From Bdellovibrionota bacterium (lineage in GTDB: Bacteria > Bdellovibrionota_C > UBA2361): a DNA stretch of 64,000 bases. A program made the translations under genes and the position numbers. Where the stretch lies: assembly GCA_044352465.1 (NCBI GenBank), contig JBILDU010000003.1:1752-65751 (forward strand), given 5' to 3'. Positions 55,764 through 64,000 of this stretch are shown in pieces. Position 1 is the first letter of the stretch. Every line of letters begins with the position of its first letter. The notes below the pieces were generated by a model that searched no databases, was not told the DNA's origin, and worked only from the letters and a program-made list of their open reading frames with translations.

Positions 55764-56326
55764 CGGCTTCCTTCGCTCCCCAACTGAAGGACTTCAAGGG
55801 GGACATGGCGGGTTCCCTGGGGTCCCCGCTCGGAGCGGAAAAGGGTGATCGTCTCCACCCGAAGGGGAAGGGGAGCGATCCGCAGTTCGGTAAGTACCTC
55901 TCGAGCCTTGGGGCTCCCGTCTTTGCATCGCCCTAAGGTGAGGTGGGGGACGAACGGGCGATCCTCGATCGGGAAGCCGCGGTGCCGTAGGGCCGCTGCG
56001 AGAGACCCAGCGAGGCTCATCAGCCCCCCGGTCGGGTCTGAGATTCCGACCCACAGCACCGTTGCTGGGCCTGACTCGGGAAACGCGCCGGGGGCACCGA
56101 GGGTCACGCCAAAGGGGGAGGCTCGCGTCGCACTCAACGCGGCATCGCGCACATCTGCAATCAGTGCGAGGTCGATTTCACCCAGGAAAATAAGGGTTAA
56201 ATGAAGCTGCTCAGAGTTTGTAAGCCGCACCCCATCACCGAGTCGACGCGCCAAAACTGCGTGCGCTCGCTCAAGCTCCGCTCGAACCGCTGTGCTCACC
56301 TCGATCGCCCAAAAAAGTCGCGCCAT
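55760..56326 (-). CDS. thpR: RNA 2',3'-cyclic phosphodiesterase (2H phosphoesterase)
   Basis: RLFWAI, HLTLIFLG and PHLTLGR (two HxT motifs). Confidence 0.9.
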   Translation of the reverse strand: MARLFWAIEVSTAVRAELERAHAVLARRLGDGVRLTNSEQLHLTLIFLGEIDLALIADVRDAALSATRASPFGVTLGAPGAFPESGPATVLWVGISDPTGGLMSLAGSLAAALRHRGFPIEDRPFVPHLTLGRCKDGSPKAREVLTELRIAPLPLRVETITLFRSERGPQGTRHVPLEVLQLGSEGSR

Positions 56327-56442
56327 TTCGATTGCACCTTTTCTCAACTTATTTATACTGCGACCAAAGATGAGACCCGATCAAGAGCATCGAAGGAGCT
56401 CGACGCACCCCTTCCCGCACAGGTCTCCTGGAGAGCTTATTG

Positions 56443-58341
56443 ATGGATAGTTGGGACGTTTCAAAAAGCACGGCGCTCTACGGAATCTCAAACTGGGGCG
56501 AGGGCTACTTCGATGTGAATGCCCACGGCGATGTCGTCGTACGACCGGAGCGAAACGGCCAAGAGGTGAACCTTCCCGACATCGTTCGCTCCCTCACCCA
56601 ACGAGGTATCAATGTCCCGATTCTGGTCCGCTTCGATGGTATTATCCGCGATCGAGTGCGTCGGCTGAGCCAAGCTTTTTCGAGTGCCATCACGGAGAGC
56701 AATTACCAGGGTACCTACCACGAGGTGTATCCGATCAAGGTCAATCAACAGCGCCACGTCGTCGATACGATCCGTCACGCCGGGCGGAATTTCTCGCTGG
56801 GGCTCGAAGTGGGTTCGAAGCCGGAGCTCATCGCCGTGCTGGCGATCCACGACACTCCGGGAGCGCTCCTGTTGTGCAACGGCTACAAGGACCGTGAGTA
56901 CATCGAACTTGCTCTTATGGCGCGTAAGCTTGGACGCCGCTCGATCATTATCGTCGAGCAGCTCTATGAGCTCGAGCAGACGATGGAGACCGCAGCTCAG
57001 CTCGGTATCGAGCCGGAGATCGGTATTCGGATGAAGCCGCTCTCGAAGGGGAGTGGTCGGTGGGAATCCTCTGGAGGTGAAAAAGCCAAGTTTGGCCTCA
57101 CCACCCCTGAGATAATGACCGCGATCGATAAGCTTAAAGACGCGGGTAAGGATCACTGGCTTAAACTGGTGCACTTTCACGTCGGGAGCCAGATTACCTC
57201 CATCGCTTCGGTCAAAAAGGTGCTGAAAGAAGCGACCCGGATGTACACCGAAATCAAGCGCCTCTGCCCCTCGCTCTGCTTTTTCGATTGTGGTGGTGGG
57301 CTTGCGGTGGATTACGATGGCTCCAAGACCAACTTCGCCTCCTCGATGGACTATACCGTTGAGGAGTATGCGCGCGACGTGGTGTATTCGATCGGGCAAG
57401 CGTGTGAGGCTGCGGAGCTCCCCGTTCCAGATATCATTACGGAGTCAGGGCGAGCGATGGTGGCGCACCACGCCGTGCTGGTTATTCAGGTGATCGATGT
57501 GGCGCCCACGGCCGATGTCGTCCCTGAGCTCTCAGCGCCCCCAACCGAGCACGAGAAGCTCGTCGAATTCCAAGAGCTTTACCGCAACGCCTCGATTAAG
57601 AACTGCACCGAGACGTTGCACGATGCCGTGAGTCTTCGGGACGAAATCGTACAGGAATTCATCTTGGGGAACGTTTCGCTCCGCGAGAAGGCTTATGCTG
57701 ATCAATCGTTTTGGCATCTCATGGCGAAGCTGAAACGGGTCTCCGCGGGGCTTAAATACATGCCCGAGGATCTGGAGAAGCTCAACGAGGAGCTCAAAGA
57801 TACCTATTTCTGTAATTTCTCGGTGTTCCAGTCGCTGCCCGATTCGTGGGCGATCGACCAGCTTTTCCCGATTATGCCGCTCAGCCGTTTGAAGGAGGAG
57901 CCGGTGCGCCGGGGTATCGTCGCTGATATGAGCTGCGATAGCGACGGTAAGATCGATCGCTTTATCGATCTCAAAGATGTGAGCCCATTTCTACAGCTTC
58001 ATCCGATGAAACCAGGGGAGCCCTATTATCTGGGGATCTTTCTTGTGGGCGCGTATCAAGAGATCTTAGGTGACTTGCACAATCTCTTTGGCGATACGAA
58101 CGCGGTGCACGTCGATTTTGTCGATGGCGAGATGGAGCTCACCCAGGTTGTGGAGGGTGATACCGTTCGCGAGGCGTTAAGCTACGTGCAGTACGACACC
58201 CAGGATCTGCTCGAGCGACTCCGCCTCTCGATTGAGAAATCACTTCGCGAGGGACGGCTCACCCCCGAGGAATCAGCCAAACTTCAGAAGCGTTACCGTG
58301 AAGGGCTGGAGGGGTATACCTATCTTTACGTTGACCCGTAA
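56443..58341 (+). CDS. speA: Biosynthetic arginine decarboxylase
   Basis: YPIKVNQ, LEVGSKPEL, CNGYKD, KFGL, HFHVGSQI, ESGRA, FQSLPDSW, CDSDG and GAYQEILGDLHNLFGD motifs. Confidence 0.96.
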   Translation: MDSWDVSKSTALYGISNWGEGYFDVNAHGDVVVRPERNGQEVNLPDIVRSLTQRGINVPILVRFDGIIRDRVRRLSQAFSSAITESNYQGTYHEVYPIKVNQQRHVVDTIRHAGRNFSLGLEVGSKPELIAVLAIHDTPGALLLCNGYKDREYIELALMARKLGRRSIIIVEQLYELEQTMETAAQLGIEPEIGIRMKPLSKGSGRWESSGGEKAKFGLTTPEIMTAIDKLKDAGKDHWLKLVHFHVGSQITSIASVKKVLKEATRMYTEIKRLCPSLCFFDCGGGLAVDYDGSKTNFASSMDYTVEEYARDVVYSIGQACEAAELPVPDIITESGRAMVAHHAVLVIQVIDVAPTADVVPELSAPPTEHEKLVEFQELYRNASIKNCTETLHDAVSLRDEIVQEFILGNVSLREKAYADQSFWHLMAKLKRVSAGLKYMPEDLEKLNEELKDTYFCNFSVFQSLPDSWAIDQLFPIMPLSRLKEEPVRRGIVADMSCDSDGKIDRFIDLKDVSPFLQLHPMKPGEPYYLGIFLVGAYQEILGDLHNLFGDTNAVHVDFVDGEMELTQVVEGDTVREALSYVQYDTQDLLERLRLSIEKSLREGRLTPEESAKLQKRYREGLEGYTYLYVDP

Positions 58342-58539
58342 GGTGGAGGCTTTGGCGCGGGCGCCGTATCGTTCGCGGGCGCAGGTGTGAAAATCGAAGT
58401 GCTCAAGTCCAGCAAAGTCCTCGGACTCAAGCGCCGGTATTTTTTTGAAGGCCTGGCCTGCCCTCGGGAAAGATCCTCCACGGTGAGGTGCCGCGCACCC
58501 ACCGGTTCCTCACCTGGTTCACCTGCAAAGCTTCTGCCA

Positions 58540-58604
58540 AAAAACGAGCCCGCTCCAAGCTCAAAGCCGGGCTGATGGTGCAACCCTTTTTGAGCTTGGA
58601 GCGG
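58540..58604 (-). terminator. Long hairpin, probable terminator for the minus-strand gene
   Basis: CCGCTCCAAGCTCAAA (58550-58565) and TTTGAGCTTGGAGCGG (58589-58604) form a 16-bp stem; T-run on the minus strand at about 58539-58544. Confidence 0.6.
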
Positions 58605-58646
58605 ACGGGCAGGACCCCTCCGTGGGCCCTGCTGGTGGTCTTGGAG

Positions 58647-59384
58647 TTAGTCCGCCAACATGATCCGAGGTGCTTGCGCTATCGCGAGGCCCAACCGATT
58701 TTGAACAATGGCGACGGCGCCTGGGGTCAGCGGAGCATGGTAGCCTCCCTGACTCTGGTGGAAGTAGACGAACTTATTCGCGACGCGGTCGAGGATGATG
58801 AAGTAGACCTTGCCCACACCGTCCGTACCGAAGTGCACGTCGTAGTCGTTCGAGATGAAGCGTGCCCCGTTAACAACTACCTTTCGGCCGATCAGCGCGG
58901 TGGCGAGCTTGTTGGGCCCGCTCCAAGCGGTAGAGATAATTGAGCTTCCGTTCACCCGTGGTCGCCGTGAAAAGAGCTTTTTGACCCCCGCTGCATTTGC
59001 AAGAACGACCTCGGTCTCGCTTGCTCCGTTCTGGCACATAAGGAGGGTCTTCGAATTGGCGAGGGGACCGAAGTTCCGTCGGGACGATTGCCCGAAGAAG
59101 AGCGTCCGCACTTCAGCGCCGGTTAGGTTCGCCGCTCCGCCGAGCACGAGTACGAGACACTTTCCGTCAGAGTCGTAGGTAATTGAGCCGATCTTCCCCG
59201 GTAAGCTTTGAACCGGCTGGAGGTCGATGGCGTTTAAGATGTCTGCCGGTGTGACGTTCACGACGACATCGGACTCGATACTTGCCCCACCCGGCATCGG
59301 GGGAGCCGCGACCGCCGTAGATGCTAAAATTCCGGTCGATAGAATGGTGGCGGTAAAGCCCCGTAGAACGTGTGATAACCTCAT
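58647..59384 (-). CDS. Hypothetical exported protein
   Basis: RBS AGGAGG, signal peptide (AVA-AP), beta-rich. Confidence 0.7.
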   Translation of the reverse strand: MRLSHVLRGFTATILSTGILASTAVAAPPMPGGASIESDVVVNVTPADILNAIDLQPVQSLPGKIGSITYDSDGKCLVLVLGGAANLTGAEVRTLFFGQSSRRNFGPLANSKTLLMCQNGASETEVVLANAAGVKKLFSRRPRVNGSSIISTAWSGPNKLATALIGRKVVVNGARFISNDYDVHFGTDGVGKVYFIILDRVANKFVYFHQSQGGYHAPLTPGAVAIVQNRLGLAIAQAPRIMLAD

Positions 59385-59602
59385 CGCTTTTAATCCTCCT
59401 AAACGTCTTTCACCGTCGAGATAACCTCTGCGGTGCTCAGGAGCCTTGTTTCGGCCCTGAAATCTCCGCCGTCCTCCATAAGAAATTATGGGAGAACGAT
59501 CGAAGTGCGTTCAGAGGATGATGCCTCAAAGATCGGAGGTTTCTTCGAGGCAGGTTAAGTCGCCGGGAGGAAGCTTGCGACAGAGTCGATTCCGACTGTG
59601 GC

Positions 59603-60463
59603 CTATCGCCCCAATATCTCTTTGACTGCGGTGGATGTTCGCCAGAGATAAGTCATGCGTGAGATAGCCTCACCCACCCGAACCTGCGCTTGCATCTCAA
59701 GAGGGGCCGTTCCTACGACGAGGTAGGGCCGTGCGGCTTGAACCTCAGCCCGCGCCCATGCGAGCGCCTCAGGTGTGGTTTTGAGTGGCACCTCCGGTGT
59801 CTTCTGCCACTCCTCGCTGAGATAGGTGTTCCAAGCGGCGAGGCGCTCTGCGAAACTTCGCCGTAGCTCCGCGCAGAGCGCTGAGGAATGACCCTCTTTT
59901 TTAAGAGTTTCGGCCATCTGGTCGGCAAGACGCTCTCTACCTGCCGGGTTGAGCTGCTCGAGCACCTTTGCACGCACAAGAAGATCGGCACCGGGCGTCA
60001 GCTCAGCGTTAAGCACATATTCAAGCGCCACATACTGCGCGGGGGTGAGTCCGTGCTTTTGGCGGAGAAATGCCCGGACCGGGTCGGTGTGGCGTAGGGC
60101 CTCCTTTTCCTGCTCAAGCTCAGCTTTTCGTGTCTCAAGTAGATTTTGATACTTCGCCGCGAGCTCTTGATAGGCGCGGGTAAGCTCAGCCACCGCCGCA
60201 GCCGGATCGTTTGTTTGCTGTGACGGAGTTGTCGGCGTTACCTTCGCCGGGTCTTGCGAGAGCGAGTTTTTGGCACTCGGATCAAACGAAGCTGCGACCG
60301 CAGCCGTCTCCGGCGCTCTCTCGGGGGTTTTATCTCCGCCGCTGGGAGTCGCCACGGCAACACCAGCTAGGAAAAGAGACCGGAGAAGGTTGCCCGACGA
60401 GGGAGCGGTAGCACCCACCATCGTATCGACAGCTGCAGCTGGTATTTGAGCAGTTACCGTCAT
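59603..60463 (-). CDS. Hypothetical protein (Ala/Thr/Pro-rich N-terminus, coiled coil)
   Basis: RBS GAGGTG; 286-aa ORF; no family recognised. Confidence 0.65.
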   Translation of the reverse strand: MTVTAQIPAAAVDTMVGATAPSSGNLLRSLFLAGVAVATPSGGDKTPERAPETAAVAASFDPSAKNSLSQDPAKVTPTTPSQQTNDPAAAVAELTRAYQELAAKYQNLLETRKAELEQEKEALRHTDPVRAFLRQKHGLTPAQYVALEYVLNAELTPGADLLVRAKVLEQLNPAGRERLADQMAETLKKEGHSSALCAELRRSFAERLAAWNTYLSEEWQKTPEVPLKTTPEALAWARAEVQAARPYLVVGTAPLEMQAQVRVGEAISRMTYLWRTSTAVKEILGR

Positions 60464-60482
60464 AGAGATTTCACCTCAGTTT

Positions 60483-61106
60483 TTAACCCGCTTTACACTT
60501 CGTGCATCCCAACTTCAGAGTGCCTGAGGCTTGAGCTATACAGGTGCAAAAGCACTGAATGAACCATTGATTTCCCGATTGAATCGGTATCCCGGTGTAG
60601 CTCAAGTTGCCCTGAAGATAGCGATAGTTTCGGTCCGGAGCACAATTGCCACCGAGCCGTTTTTTCTCACAGCCACTGAAGGGTGGTTGATGACACGCTG
60701 GATCGCCGGTCTGCTCCGGATCGCAGACATACTGCGTATCATCAGCGAATATATCCTCAAGCTCTTTTTCACACTGCGTCACCGCTCCCGCCTCTGCCTG
60801 AGGGCAGACGTGGTTTCCACATGCTCCGCCATCGCTATTGAGACACGCGAGGCCACCCCCCAGTCCCAACAGCGCCGTTGCTCGCGAGGGGTAAGGTCCC
60901 AACACGACCCCGGTCGAGCCGTGCGACACCCCGACGCCGGAGTTTGACCGTTCAATATGGTCCCCACACCCGATCTTGATGGTCATGTCGGTTGGACTCT
61001 CCTCAGCTCGAGCAACCAGAGCGTGGGTAGCAAGCACAGTCACCCCCCCTAATAGAGCTACCGTCGCTCGAACTGTCCGTTTGATAACTCCGATGAACAT
61101 GTTCAT
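60483..61106 (-). CDS. Cys-rich exported protein (paralogue A)
   Basis: Signal peptide (ARA-EE), many Cys, C-terminal CFCTC...CTKC. Confidence 0.65.
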   Translation of the reverse strand: MNMFIGVIKRTVRATVALLGGVTVLATHALVARAEESPTDMTIKIGCGDHIERSNSGVGVSHGSTGVVLGPYPSRATALLGLGGGLACLNSDGGACGNHVCPQAEAGAVTQCEKELEDIFADDTQYVCDPEQTGDPACHQPPFSGCEKKRLGGNCAPDRNYRYLQGNLSYTGIPIQSGNQWFIQCFCTCIAQASGTLKLGCTKCKAG

Positions 61107-61174
61107 TTTCCCCCTCAAAGACGCAGACTTTCAATTTTTACTTGGGATTGATGCCGAACGTTCTGGCGGCCCTG

Positions 61175-61915
61175 TCACCCTGGCAGTGGAAGGAAATCAC
61201 GTATACCAGAGATTACATCCCAGATCATTTTGACCCACTCGTATGTCTTCTTAAGATCAGCGGGGAGCCGAGGTCTTTGCAACTCCTTCGCGATCTCCTC
61301 GATCGACCGCCAATGGCTACAGGCGGAGCACTTCACTTTAAAGTCCGGAGACGGCTCCGCTGAAGCGGTGGCACAACAAGAGCAGAAGACGGCGAATATC
61401 TCCACCGACTGTGAGATCACCTTGGCCTCGGCGACGACCGGCCCGAGTGTCACCGTGCACTCGCCGTATTTATCCTGACTACATCCAACGACACAGCCTC
61501 GCGCGACTCCGTCGCTCCCCTTCTCCGCGGCTTTGCATACGAATTCATCGCCGGCGGTGTCGTAGCAGGTGTTTTTAGCTTTGGTGATCGCGGCGTCTTT
61601 TGCCCCTGTGCATGGGTTATTCGCACAGGTTCCCGCTCTATTCGCTGCCTCTGCAGCTCCTTTTGCGGCGGCTTCGGTGGTATGAATGCTCAACACCTGG
61701 CCGAGTGTACAGACGCTCTCTGATTGAGGTGGCAGCGAGATTCCGACACTCGAGCCGCACAGGACGAAATTCGGCCCGTTATTGGCGGACTGTCCGGTGG
61801 TCCCCGAGCTCTGCGCCGTTGCTGAGTTCCATATGACGAACGCGGCGAGTACCGTAGCTGCTGAGCCGCGGACCATCTTCACCCAGTAGCTGTTCGACGA
61901 TTGAGAGGTACTCAT
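61175..61915 (-). CDS. Cys-rich exported protein (paralogue B)
   Basis: RBS GGAG, signal peptide (ATA-QS), many Cys, C-terminal CSCC...CSAC. Confidence 0.65.
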   Translation of the reverse strand: MSTSQSSNSYWVKMVRGSAATVLAAFVIWNSATAQSSGTTGQSANNGPNFVLCGSSVGISLPPQSESVCTLGQVLSIHTTEAAAKGAAEAANRAGTCANNPCTGAKDAAITKAKNTCYDTAGDEFVCKAAEKGSDGVARGCVVGCSQDKYGECTVTLGPVVAEAKVISQSVEIFAVFCSCCATASAEPSPDFKVKCSACSHWRSIEEIAKELQRPRLPADLKKTYEWVKMIWDVISGIRDFLPLPG

Positions 61916-62194
61916 GAAATCTCCGGTTGAACTTCTTCGTGCATGGGATTGGGAGCAGGTGCCGCCGGTGTCACTTGATCGCGCGCACCAATGCGGAGAA
62001 CGGTATAGATCTGCCAGCGGAGCGGAATCAAAGAAAATCGGCTTATCGGTCGGGGTAAGTTGCCTCAGATCCGTAGCCGAATACCCTCGTGAACACGGGA
62101 TCTCCGTTGAGCAAGGGGGCCATGTGGTGAGTTTCTTTAAGCTATTTGGTGTAGTTGTTTTTCAACGGTGCGCCGTTCGATAGCTTGAGGGGGG

Positions 62195-64000
62195 CTATTC
62201 CCGCAGCACGACCTCCATTCCGAAGCTCCGGGGTGCACGATCGAGGCATGCCGCAAGCTGTTCGCTCCGTATACCGGCGATGGTTGATACCGTTTGAGGT
62301 TGGTTTGTCGAGCGATACTGGGGATCGAGTACCTCAGGAGTGAGAGGATCTCCGTCGTCGTCGATGTATCTGGACGGAGTCGGATCTGTGGGCTGAATGA
62401 GGCATAGCCGCCCAAGCTCTGCCCGACTCATTTGGAGAGCGATGTGTCCAAGCACCGCCATCGGACGACGGAAAAACACCCCGGGTTTGCCGAGGTTTTG
62501 ATACGCGTATCGATCGGCGCACGCTTGATTACATCCTCCGGTGCAGCCGTTTGCGGGGTCGATGCACCAACTCTGAAAAGTGGTATCGGTGATGGCGGAA
62601 CCGGTGAAGAGAAGGTTGCCACCGCCGATGCCGTTGTATCCCAGGTCCGCGGCTACCTCGGGAGACAGATAGTTTATTGCTCCCGTGGGAGTATTTTGAT
62701 TGATTGGGTTTTGAATATTGAGGAGGTGTGGTTGGATTGCGCCGCCGATCGGAACCACCGTGAGGTCGATCCCCGCAGCAACAAGACTTGGAACGAGTGC
62801 GAGAAGAGCCCCCTCAGCGGCTTCGTAGCCAGCAAACGAATCGTTGCATCCTCCTCCGCCGGTGCACGTTCCGATTCCGTCAGTAATAAGGATCAGATTT
62901 TTCTTCGGTGCTGCTTGTATCCCGTTAAACTCAACAAGTGCCTGCTGAATCGCGTCGACAAGAGGGGTGTTATCTTGGAGAACGGTTGGATCGGGTAAGA
63001 GGTCCTTGTCGAGTGCGTTAGGGTGAACCGGATGGGGGTAGGGGGTGAGGAGTGTCCCGTCGGCGTTATAGAGTCCGCGATTATCGAAGTGGGTGAGTTG
63101 GAGGAGGTAATCGGGGGTTGCAACGCCCGGTTGTCCCGCCGCGGGAATGAGGAGGGGAGTTTGGCCCCGCGCCACGATCAGTCTCCAGGTGTCCCCCGGA
63201 AAAGCGGTCGAGCCGGTTTTACGAACCGCCACGTTCGCGAGCGCAAGCGCGGTCGACAGCGGCTCGGGACCGACGTAGCGCGTGCTGCCGAACTGACCAA
63301 ACGTGTCGATGAGAATATTCCCGACCTGACGGTAGTCGTCTTTAAAATGCTGCCCCGGAGTAAAACTCGTCGCCTGGGAGCGATCAGCGGGCAGCGCGCA
63401 GTAAGATTGCTCGAGGAGATTCGCCGGTGCGCCACATGCGTTGAGAACGGAGGCCGGATAAATTGCTCGCGCCGGCGGATGAGTCGTGGATGCACCCAGA
63501 TGGCTATCCGCTGTCATCGAGGGAGAGGTGTCGACGATCACGATGGTAGCGCTCCCTGAGGTCGTGGCGACGAGTCGAGCGCGCACCTTCACCAGTCGGT
63601 TAAGAAACGGGATCCGCACCCGACTTCCCTTCGCCGCTTCGAGTGCGATCCGCGCACCGTTCACCTCTCTGGGGTTTACAGGATCGTGCGGCTCAAAGCA
63701 GGGATAGGAGCCGCCGCAAAGAGCTGGCGGGTTACCACCCGGCGGTGGACCACGGTACACATATCCGAACTCCAGACCCTGGCCGTTGGCCGCGCCAAGT
63801 GCGATCTCCTCGAGAGTTCCCGATTCGGTGTTCAGCGGATTCTTTTTGAGCACCGCGTTCGCCGCATCGAGCGCTTCGAGCGCCCGTTGGTCGTGACCCG
63901 GCCATGCGCTGATCTGATAGGTCTTCAGCGCGCTAAACGCCGCCATCTCAGCGATATCGGTGAGCCTCGATTTATTCACTAATAAAAAACCGGTCCCCAC
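62195..64000 (-). CDS. TadG-like / vWA-domain pilus-associated protein (5' end outside the window)
   Basis: Tad-like RLTDIAEMAAFSA, MIDAS IVIVDTSPSM, NTPL and LILITDG motifs. Confidence 0.65.
   Translation of the reverse strand: MGTGFLLVNKSRLTDIAEMAAFSALKTYQISAWPGHDQRALEALDAANAVLKKNPLNTESGTLEEIALGAANGQGLEFGYVYRGPPPGGNPPALCGGSYPCFEPHDPVNPREVNGARIALEAAKGSRVRIPFLNRLVKVRARLVATTSGSATIVIVDTSPSMTADSHLGASTTHPPARAIYPASVLNACGAPANLLEQSYCALPADRSQATSFTPGQHFKDDYRQVGNILIDTFGQFGSTRYVGPEPLSTALALANVAVRKTGSTAFPGDTWRLIVARGQTPLLIPAAGQPGVATPDYLLQLTHFDNRGLYNADGTLLTPYPHPVHPNALDKDLLPDPTVLQDNTPLVDAIQQALVEFNGIQAAPKKNLILITDGIGTCTGGGGCNDSFAGYEAAEGALLALVPSLVAAGIDLTVVPIGGAIQPHLLNIQNPINQNTPTGAINYLSPEVAADLGYNGIGGGNLLFTGSAITDTTFQSWCIDPANGCTGGCNQACADRYAYQNLGKPGVFFRRPMAVLGHIALQMSRAELGRLCLIQPTDPTPSRYIDDDGDPLTPEVLDPQYRSTNQPQTVSTIAGIRSEQLAACLDRAPRSFGMEVVLRE

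Noticed and set aside
56488-57399. 303-aa minus-strand ORF
   Set aside because: Antisense shadow of speA.
1-64000. tRNA, rRNA, prophage or intact transposase
   Set aside because: No such signatures were recognised by eye; only an IS3 remnant at about 25.3 kb.

Overview
Bacterial DNA of roughly mid-50s %GC (estimated by eye), with a visibly more AT-rich sugar-modification core at about 29-41 kb. The gene content is consistent with a deltaproteobacteria-grade organism such as a Bdellovibrionota/Myxococcota-like lineage; this is inference only. Left end: housekeeping genes (C45 Tat-lipoprotein, CysQ/IMPase, ispA, folC) run directly into a complete plasmid/chromid-type replicon. It comprises parB-parA, a non-canonical 17-bp palindromic parS candidate (TGTCCCAC-G-GTGGGACA), about 22-bp-phased iterons, an exact IHF-consensus site, an AT-rich unwinding region and an RPA-type replication initiator overlapping a DTW tRNA-modification gene. 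Next is a leaderless 16-aa leader peptide ending in Trp-Trp, placed ahead of a TIGR04076 / IDO-like heme dioxygenase / aldo-keto reductase operon, a candidate new tryptophan-sensing pathway. The window then holds acidic secreted proteins, USP, ABC-F, a CPA2 antiporter and a pore-degenerate voltage-gated channel; a repeat-delimited AAA-DUF4143 cassette region; a 21-kb strand-scrambled polysaccharide cluster; a sigma-28-led partial non-flagellar T3SS (SctJ, SctQ, needle-like protein, SctV, TPR lipoprotein); DUF72-thpR and speA; and Cys-rich secreted paralogues next to a partial Tad/vWA gene. No rRNA, tRNA or CRISPR array was recognised. All family calls come from remembered motifs, not database searches.
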